Shown: in pieces, positions 57,970 through 64,000 of the stretch
How the letters are laid out: each line of letters starts with the position of its first letter
Position numbering within the stretch: position 1 is the stretch's first letter
Origin: an uncultured Phycisphaeraceae bacterium
GTDB taxonomy: Bacteria > Planctomycetota > Phycisphaerae > Phycisphaerales > Phycisphaeraceae
Length of the DNA stretch: 64,000 nucleotides
Assembly: GCA_964542875.1 (NCBI GenBank)
Contig: CAZIWA010000014.1
Coordinates: 1-64,000, forward strand
Direction of reading: 5' to 3'
Notes under the pieces: generated by a model
What the model was told of the DNA's origin: nothing
Database searches by the model: none
Seen by the model: the letters and a program-made list of their open reading frames with translations, nothing else
Translations under genes and position numbers: made by a program

Positions 57970-58194
57970 CGTTCCACCCGACCATATTTAAAGCGTGAAG
58001 ATCGTTAAATGCCTGCCCCCACCGTCACTCGATGCCAGTAAATCTATACCGCTGCTGTACCTGCGGACATAAGGGTTATTCCTAGGCGACAATCATCTTT
58101 TTTCCACAAAAAACAACACCCGGAACTGATCCGGGTGTCGTATGTGTCCTATGTCAGCCAAGCCATGGGGCTTTGACCGTGGCAAGCCGGGATT

Positions 58195-58785
58195 TTAGCC
58201 CGGAGGAAGGCTGCCCGGATCAATGTCAGAAGCGCTGCCCGGCTGCGCGCTCTTGCGCACGGCCCGCATCGTCTGCCCAGGCCCGCCCGCGCCACGCGGC
58301 ATCGCGATGATGCCCGTACGCGCCAGCTCGATGATGCCAAACGGGCGCAGCAGGTCGATCAGCGCCTCGATCTTGTCTTCATCGCCCGCCAGTTCGATCA
58401 TCACCCGGTCCGCGCTCACGTCAACCACCTTGGCCCGGAAAATGCTCGCCAGCTCGATGATCTCGCCGCGCCGGCTTTCGCCATTTTCGCTGTGCGTAGC
58501 CACCTGGATCAGCATCAGATCGCGTTCCACGTGCGCCACGTCGCTGTAAGCCACCACCTTCACCACGGGCACCAGCTTCTGGAGCTGCTTTTTGATCTGC
58601 TCAAACTGCATCGGGTTGCCCGCCACCACGATGGTCATCCGGGAGAGTTCCGGGTTTTCCGTCCGGCCCACCACGAGGCTGTCGATGTTGAAGCCGCGCG
58701 CCGCAAACATGCCGGCCACCTGGGCCAGCACGCCGGGTTCATTGGTCACCAGAGCCGCGATGATGTGTCGTAAGTTGTCGCTCAT
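58195..58785 (-). CDS. ilvH: acetolactate synthase small (regulatory) subunit
   Basis: ATG at 58785. ACT-domain N-terminus (RHIIAALVTNEPGVLAQVAGMFAARGFNIDSLVVG) is the typical IlvH/IlvN signature. Carries a roughly 30-aa Gly/Pro-rich C-terminal tail. No ilvB or ilvC is adjacent. Confidence 0.75.
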   Translation of the reverse strand: MSDNLRHIIAALVTNEPGVLAQVAGMFAARGFNIDSLVVGRTENPELSRMTIVVAGNPMQFEQIKKQLQKLVPVVKVVAYSDVAHVERDLMLIQVATHSENGESRRGEIIELASIFRAKVVDVSADRVMIELAGDEDKIEALIDLLRPFGIIELARTGIIAMPRGAGGPGQTMRAVRKSAQPGSASDIDPGSLPPG

Positions 58786-59204
58786 GTTGTCTTGCTTTCT
58801 TTGAATCTTCCGTCGTTTTGAATCGTCACAAGCCTGGGGGAACACGGGGCATTCTGCCCTCAAAACGTCGCCTCAGGCCTTTTAATCGTTGGGAACAAAC
58901 CGCGCATTAAGCGCCCATCCGTCAATTCGTTGCATCAGGGCAGGGGTCGGTGCGGGTCGGCCGCTCAGATAACGGCGACCGGATAAACAACAACCGGGCG
59001 TACCAAAGCCACAACCGCGAGGGAAACAGACAAAAGATGGTTCCTCAAATCCTGCATAAGGCCCCAAATTCTACAGGACACGCCAAAAAGATCAAAAGCC
59101 CAGCAGCGGCCTTGCGACCCTTTCGCGTTCCGGGCCTGAGGTTTCGGGTAAAACCGGAATTAAGATTCAAGATGCAGCGTAAGCAAAGCGCTCTGCGCAT
59201 TCTT

Positions 59205-59290
59205 GACCCGAACCCCGAAACCCGGTACCCGAAAAGGCCGTCGGGGCCTCTCCCTCTCTCTGACCAGCCCCTAGGGCCCCTAGACCCTCA
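59205..59290 (+). repeat. full-length copy of the GC-rich interspersed repeat (CCCGAACCCCGAAACCCGGTACCCGAAAAGG...CTCTGACCAGCCCCTAGGGCCCCTAGACCC)
   Basis: Colinear with 49305-49378. An inverted partial copy (GGTTTCGGGTAAAACCGG) lies at 59145-59165. Its CTAGACCC block supplies the TAG stop (59280-59282, minus strand) of the next gene. Confidence 0.6.
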
Positions 59291-60470
59291 TCTCCCGCGG
59301 ATTCACCCCATTGGCCCGGCAGAACTTCTCATACTCCACCGGCGCGATCTCCGACGGCTTGATCTCGCTCCGCCCCCCCCAGAACACGTTCGTATAGCTC
59401 ACCGGGATGCCCGCTTCTTCCAAATGCCGGTCGATCGCCGCTTTGTGCCCAAGCACCACCTGCTTGTCGGTGCCGTGTGCCACGCCCATCACATTCACGT
59501 TATGAAACTCCGGGCCGCCTTCGCGCCAGTACGCATGCGTCATGATGTGATGCCTGCCCACCTCGCGCCCGGCTTCCAATTGCCTGCCCTCAGGCACCGC
59601 CCAGTGGAACAACGCGTTGAATTTCGTCACCCGCCCGCCATCGGCCAGCGGTTTCACATGTTCCAGGAACGTGGAAAACCGGCCGATCACCTTCCGCTGG
59701 CTCAGCGAACCGGCGATCCGATGGAATTCCTCCAGGCTCACCCCTGCTTCCGCAGCCCGAGGCGCCCACGGATTATTCGTGATTTCCGACAATTCAAACT
59801 CACGCTTAAGCGGCACCAGCACCTTCCACTCCAGGTCGGAAAGCTCCACCGGCGCCGTGTCATGCACATCCGCCGGCGCATCCGCTCGGCTGCCGAATTC
59901 CAGGTCCTTACGCCTCACATGCCCCACACCCAGCACAAACAGCTTCTTGGCAGGCATGATCCGAAAGTGCTCCGCCCCGATCTTCCCCTGCAAAAACCGG
60001 CAATGCTTCTCCAGCGAATACCCCTGCGGCACCTTCAGCGTCGTCCACAACCGGTAGTTGCTCCCCGCGCTCACCGTATCCGTTGTCCGGATCACCACAT
60101 GCCCGGAAAACGGGTCCTGGTCAAACAGATACCGGAACCCCGCATCGATCTTCTCTTGAGGCAGTTGCCACGCCACCAGCGCGCCCGTCGCCAGGTTCGT
60201 CGCCATCAGTGTCTGCCGCACCCGTCGGATCGTCCCCGCCGCCAGCATCGCCTTGATACGCGCCAGCACCGTCTCCACATCCACCCCCGACAGCCGGGCA
60301 ATCTCCAAAAACGGCTCCGGCAGATACCCCTGAATCCGATCCTCCGAAATCGAAAGGATCTTCGCGTTCACCGGGTCATGAATATCGGTAGGCAAAACAG
60401 TTGACGTCATAACCCAACAGTTTAGCGCACAGAAAACGTCCCGTGTCCCGCGTCCGTCGTCCCGCGTCAA
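59280..60470 (-). CDS. tandem AsnC/Lrp-like protein resembling fused siroheme decarboxylase (AhbA/AhbB or NirD/L type)
   Basis: Two repeated AsnC-type HTH + RAM-like modules (DPVNAKILSISEDRI... and ELSDLEWKVLVPLKREF...). The track start is a TTG at the top of the ORF; an ATG lies 20 codons downstream (at about 60410). Confidence 0.5.
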   Translation of the reverse strand: MTRDDGRGTRDVFCALNCWVMTSTVLPTDIHDPVNAKILSISEDRIQGYLPEPFLEIARLSGVDVETVLARIKAMLAAGTIRRVRQTLMATNLATGALVAWQLPQEKIDAGFRYLFDQDPFSGHVVIRTTDTVSAGSNYRLWTTLKVPQGYSLEKHCRFLQGKIGAEHFRIMPAKKLFVLGVGHVRRKDLEFGSRADAPADVHDTAPVELSDLEWKVLVPLKREFELSEITNNPWAPRAAEAGVSLEEFHRIAGSLSQRKVIGRFSTFLEHVKPLADGGRVTKFNALFHWAVPEGRQLEAGREVGRHHIMTHAYWREGGPEFHNVNVMGVAHGTDKQVVLGHKAAIDRHLEEAGIPVSYTNVFWGGRSEIKPSEIAPVEYEKFCRANGVNPREMRV

Positions 60471-60590
60471 AAAGACAAGAAGGACCGGAACTCCCCGCTC
60501 CGCATCTCTTCGCCTCTTAAAACTCTGCTTCTTCGACGCGCGACTTCTTGCTTCTTCGAGGCGGGACTCAGGACGCGACCCGGGACCTCT

Positions 60591-61121
60591 TCAATATTTG
60601 AACCCGTTCTCCCGGATATGCACATGCGGCTCGCCGCCGGCGTTATTCAGCGCCCCGGCCTTCACATGCCCCACGAAGAGATCGTGGTCCCCCTCCACAT
60701 CCAGATGGCTCACCAGCTCGCACTCCAGGCTCGCCAGCGCCGAGTTGATCACCGGCACGCCGGTCGTCGAGTGGTGCACCATGTCCAGGCTCAAAAATGG
60801 ATCTTCACCCGGGTCGGTCCCCGAGGCGAAACGCTTGAGCAGCATCTTGTCGTTCTTGGCCAGCTGACATATGCCAAACTTCCGGGACTCGGAAATCAAA
60901 TGCATGATCGGCCGCCCCTTGCCCACCGCCACGCACACCATCGCGGGTGTAAAGCACACCTGCTGCACCCAGCTGCACAGCATCCCGCCCCGCTTGTCTT
61001 CATGCTTGGCGGTCAAAATAAACAACCCCGAAGGAATCCTGCCCAGCGCATTGCCGATGGCCAGCTTCACCGCCGGGTCTTCGTGTGACGCATGATTGTT
61101 GTTCTGACGGTCGGACTTCAT
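60591..61121 (-). CDS. flavin reductase-like (FMN-binding split-barrel) protein
   Basis: ATG at 61121 (MKSDRQNN...). GLFILTAKHEDKRGGMLCSWVQQVCFTPAMVCVAV matches the flavin-reductase family core. 176 aa. The upstream 250-nt extension in the track is not supported. Confidence 0.65.
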   Translation of the reverse strand: MKSDRQNNNHASHEDPAVKLAIGNALGRIPSGLFILTAKHEDKRGGMLCSWVQQVCFTPAMVCVAVGKGRPIMHLISESRKFGICQLAKNDKMLLKRFASGTDPGEDPFLSLDMVHHSTTGVPVINSALASLECELVSHLDVEGDHDLFVGHVKAGALNNAGGEPHVHIRENGFKY

Positions 61122-61251
61122 TTCTCGCCCCTGTGATGGGTGGTATCCTGTTTCGGTCCAAAACGAGTCCAAGCCGACGACGTGGTCGAATTTCCATCGA
61201 GAGAATACGACCGACGTGCCCGACATGCAAAGGTAAAACAAAGTATCCCCA

Positions 61252-61902
61252 ATGAAATTCAAAGCCGTACTCTTCGACCTTGACGGAACCCTCATCGATT
61301 CCCTCACCGACATCGCCAACGCCTGCAACAACGCCCTCAAATCCGTTGGCCGGCCCACCCACCCCATCACCGCCTACCGCTACATGGTCGGCCAGGGCCT
61401 TGAAAAGCTCATGATCGACGCCCTCGGGCCCGATCACCAGCATCTCATCCCCGAGTGCTCAAAGAAGCACATGGAGTTCTATCAAAAAGACCTCCAGCAG
61501 CACACCATCCCCTACCCCGGCATCGACAAAATGCTCGACGCCCTCACCGCCCGCGGCGTCACGCTGGCCATTCTTTCCAACAAGCCCCACCCCGCGATGG
61601 AGTCGCTTGTCGCTCAGCAGCTTGGCAAGTGGAATTTCGCCCGCGTCTACGGCCACCGCGAAGGCTGGCCGGTGAAGCCCGACCCGCAATCCGCCATCGA
61701 GATCACCCAGGAACTGGGCATTCCCAAAGACCAATGGCTCTACGTCGGCGACACCCGCGTCGACATGCTCACCGGCGCAGGTGCCGGCATGTTCCCCGTC
61801 GGCGTCCTCTGGGGTTTCCGGGACGAACCCGAGCTCCTCACCTCCGGCGCCAAAGCCATCATCAAAAACCCCATGGAACTCGTCGGGCTTTTAGACGGCT
61901 GA
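61252..61902 (+). CDS. HAD-superfamily hydrolase (phosphoglycolate phosphatase-like, subfamily IA)
   Basis: Motif I VLFDLDGTLIDS, motif II ILSNK, motif III/IV ...K...YVGDTRVD. 216 aa. Confidence 0.8.
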   Translation: MKFKAVLFDLDGTLIDSLTDIANACNNALKSVGRPTHPITAYRYMVGQGLEKLMIDALGPDHQHLIPECSKKHMEFYQKDLQQHTIPYPGIDKMLDALTARGVTLAILSNKPHPAMESLVAQQLGKWNFARVYGHREGWPVKPDPQSAIEITQELGIPKDQWLYVGDTRVDMLTGAGAGMFPVGVLWGFRDEPELLTSGAKAIIKNPMELVGLLDG

Positions 61903-62001
61903 CCGCTCCACTCTCTGGATCTCCGATATCTTCGGGGACGGCTCCCTTCTTCCCGGGACCTGTCCCCGTTTCTATTGTGTGCCCGCCCCAAAGGCGCTCC
62001 C

Positions 62002-62739
62002 TCACCAATAATTCGCCGCATAATCCATCATCGTCAGATCATTGCGCATCCCCTTGGCGATCGCTGACACGTGCCCATCCACAAACATCATGTTGATCAG
62101 CCGCCCATCGTGAACCCGGTTGTATGACACAGTCGCGTCCACATCCGTCCACGCGAAGCAGATCGAGTAACACCAACTGTCTCCCCCCAGCACGATCAAG
62201 CTCGGCGAATACGTCAGCGTCTGCATCGTCCGCCGGTTCTTCCACGCCGCATCCCGCTGCGCCTGGGTGCTTAAATCATTTCGCCCGGACGACAGATACG
62301 CGTTAAACCCATAGGTCCGTCCGTAATACACGCCGCTTACCCCCGGCAGGCTCTTGTTCTCCGGGCACATCAGCACCGGGTATGCCAGGTCCACCGGTTT
62401 GGGAAAGTCACGCCGGTCATCCAGCGTCGTGTCGTTGGCGTTCCCGCCCAGATATGGCGCAATGCGCAGCATCCACGCCCCAGTAAACCGTGTCGTCCAG
62501 GGGAACGCCGTGTCGCGCTGATCCACCGTGTACCCATGCACCGCCACCGCCTGCTGCCGCAGATTCGAAGCGCACATCGTCGTCTTCACCACCATTCGGG
62601 ACCTGGCCAGTGACGGCAGCAGCACCGAAAGCAGCACGCAGCACACCGAGATCACCACCAGCAGTTCCACCAGCGTAAACCCGCCGCGCCGCGCGCCCTT
62701 ATCCCGTGCCAATACGCTCATTTGTTTCACTTCAAACAT
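62002..62739 (-). CDS. DUF1559-type prepilin-like protein (H-X9-DG)
   Basis: ATG at 62739 with a GGGAG RBS. N-terminus RRGGFTLVELLVVISVCCVLL. C-terminal HDGRLINMMFVDGHV. Confidence 0.8.
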   Translation of the reverse strand: MFEVKQMSVLARDKGARRGGFTLVELLVVISVCCVLLSVLLPSLARSRMVVKTTMCASNLRQQAVAVHGYTVDQRDTAFPWTTRFTGAWMLRIAPYLGGNANDTTLDDRRDFPKPVDLAYPVLMCPENKSLPGVSGVYYGRTYGFNAYLSSGRNDLSTQAQRDAAWKNRRTMQTLTYSPSLIVLGGDSWCYSICFAWTDVDATVSYNRVHDGRLINMMFVDGHVSAIAKGMRNDLTMMDYAANYW

Positions 62740-63087
62740 GACATGCTCCCAATCAATCAGACATCCAGCCGACTTTCACACCCCCACCCTAGCCCACTCA
62801 AACCCCAGGCACCATGGCTCTTTCAAAACCACTTTCTTAAAAAATACGACACCCTCTTCTCCACAACTAAACCGATAAAAATCCTTAAAATCCCCTAAAA
62901 TTATCGCATCTCAACTCACCGCCACCCGAATTTCGATCTTTTTCACCACTTCCCCTCCACACTTATCCTTATAAAATGACCTTCACCAACCCCGCTTTCC
63001 ACCATTTCCAAGTCCTCTTAATCATCCTCAATCCTCTTAATCCCAGTCAAAAATTCCGCCTTCCTCCTTCTCCCTCCCCACACGCAC

Positions 63088-64000
63088 ATGACCACCCCTT
63101 ACCGCATTGGCCTCATCCTCCAGCCCTTTGGCGAACACCTCCCCAAGCTCAAAGCGGGAATCCAGGCCTACGCCAAAGAACATTACAAAAACCCCTGGCG
63201 GATCGTCGAAACCTCCATGCTTGAAAAACCCCGCATTCAGGCCCTCTCCCGAGATGTCCACGCCATCATCGCCCACGTCGACGACAACCGCCACGCCCGG
63301 ATCATCGCCAACACAAAACTCCCCTGCATCAACATCGCCGACGGCCTTCGCCACCCCCCTTTCCCCACCGTGCGAACCGACGACCGGCTCGTCGGCCAGC
63401 TCGCCGCGGACCATTTCCTCACCCGCGGCTACCGGCACTTTGCCTTTCTGGGCTCTTCGCTGGGCCCCATGCCCCGCCGCAGGCAAAACGCCTTTGTCGC
63501 AAAAGTCCATCAGGCCGGGTTCACTGTCGCCCTCTTCACCATGCCTCGGTCCCTGGAGCTGGCCATCCTGCGCCAGCAAATCGGCCTCTGGCTCTCTAAA
63601 CTCCCACAACCCCTGGCCCTGCTCACCTCCAACGATTCTCTGGGCGCCACCGCCATCGACGCCTGCGCCCAGTTCAAGCTCTCCATCCCTCAATCCATCG
63701 CCATCCTCGGCGTCGGCAACGCCCAGTCCATCAACCGCTACACCGTCCCCCCGCTCTCGAGCATGTCCCTGAACATCACCCGGCGCGGCTACCTCGCCGC
63801 CCAGGCCTTGGACGCCCTCATAAAAGGCCAGACGCCGCCCGCGGTCACCCTCGTCTCCCCGGGACGCATCATCACCCGTCCATCCTCCCACCACCTGCCC
63901 ATCAGTGATGAACTCACCCGCCGCGCACTCGCCTTCATCCACGAACACGCCTGCGACCCCGTCAACGCCGAAGACGTCGCCCGCGCCATGGGCACATCAC
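63088..64000 (+). CDS. XylR-like regulator (LacI-type sugar-binding domain + C-terminal AraC HTH), 3'-truncated by window end
   Basis: Own translation from ATG 63088 (MTTPYRIGLILQPFGEHLPKLKAGIQAYAKEH...) shows a periplasmic-binding-protein-like fold. The ...ISDELTRRALAFIHEHACDPVNAEDVARAMG start of an AraC-type HTH sits at the end. The ORF is absent from the track because no stop falls inside the window. Confidence 0.65.
   Translation, partial: MTTPYRIGLILQPFGEHLPKLKAGIQAYAKEHYKNPWRIVETSMLEKPRIQALSRDVHAIIAHVDDNRHARIIANTKLPCINIADGLRHPPFPTVRTDDRLVGQLAADHFLTRGYRHFAFLGSSLGPMPRRRQNAFVAKVHQAGFTVALFTMPRSLELAILRQQIGLWLSKLPQPLALLTSNDSLGATAIDACAQFKLSIPQSIAILGVGNAQSINRYTVPPLSSMSLNITRRGYLAAQALDALIKGQTPPAVTLVSPGRIITRPSSHHLPISDELTRRALAFIHEHACDPVNAEDVARAMGTS

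Noticed and set aside
58950-60404. 484-aa + strand ORF spanning the ilvH upstream spacer and the AsnC-like gene
   Set aside because: Arg/Pro/His-rich low-complexity translation. It overlaps a well-supported minus-strand gene and a repeat-rich spacer.
63037-63948. 303-aa minus-strand ORF at the window end
   Set aside because: Gly/Asp/Glu/Ala-rich translation antisense to the XylR-like regulator, whose translation shows a coherent PBP-like fold and AraC HTH.

Overview
This window reads as a high-GC (about 60-65%) chromosomal segment from a Planctomycetota- or Verrucomicrobiota-like bacterium. The lineage call rests on four 'prepilin-type N-terminal cleavage/methylation + H-X9-DG' (DUF1559-like) proteins, several Gfo/Idh/MocA dehydrogenases and giant secreted proteins. 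I call about 55 protein-coding genes and one tRNA-Pro(UGG). I saw no rRNA, CRISPR array, transposase or integrase.

Main functional blocks:
- A general-stress-protein island at roughly 12.2-21.3 kb: DUF892 ferritin-like, truncated-haemoglobin lipoprotein, YflT-like protein, BON lipoprotein, glycine-zipper protein, PRC-barrel protein and a DUF2934 protein.
- An NHEJ locus at 23.3-27.3 kb: Ku, an unknown four-TM membrane protein, a LigD phosphoesterase-ligase ORF, then a separate LigD polymerase ORF.
- An orphan NarL-type response regulator followed by a multi-TM protein with a C-terminal double zinc ribbon, a roughly 640-nt ORF-free stretch and a flotillin/SPFH gene (28.2-32.9 kb).
- A co-directional sugar-utilisation cluster at 36.4-43.4 kb: alpha-galactosidase-like GH, DUF1559 protein, 1004-aa secreted protein and a GntR/LacI-type regulator.
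- Two tandem DUF3592-like membrane paralogues followed by a TetR-family regulator.
- hisA, Gfo/Idh/MocA dehydrogenases, an alpha/beta hydrolase, a LOG-family gene, an S41 C-terminal processing protease, a hybrid histidine kinase, ilvH, a duplicated AsnC-type (siroheme-decarboxylase-like) protein, a flavin reductase and a HAD phosphatase.

Features the gene calls do not explain:
- A family of short GC-rich interspersed repeats whose 3' part overlaps the stop codons of three minus-strand genes. A second hairpin family ending in GGGGTGAGGG occurs twice.
- A heptamer microsatellite.
- Two AT-rich promoter islands with perfect palindromes.
- A SLOG-superfamily gene in a small operon.
- A pair of distant paralogues (13.5 kb and 27.3 kb), one of them divergent from the response regulator.

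Most antisense or overlapping ORFs in the six-frame track are Arg/Pro/Gly-rich high-GC artefacts and are not called. All functional calls come from motif recognition by eye, with no database search, and should be confirmed by HMM or BLAST searches.
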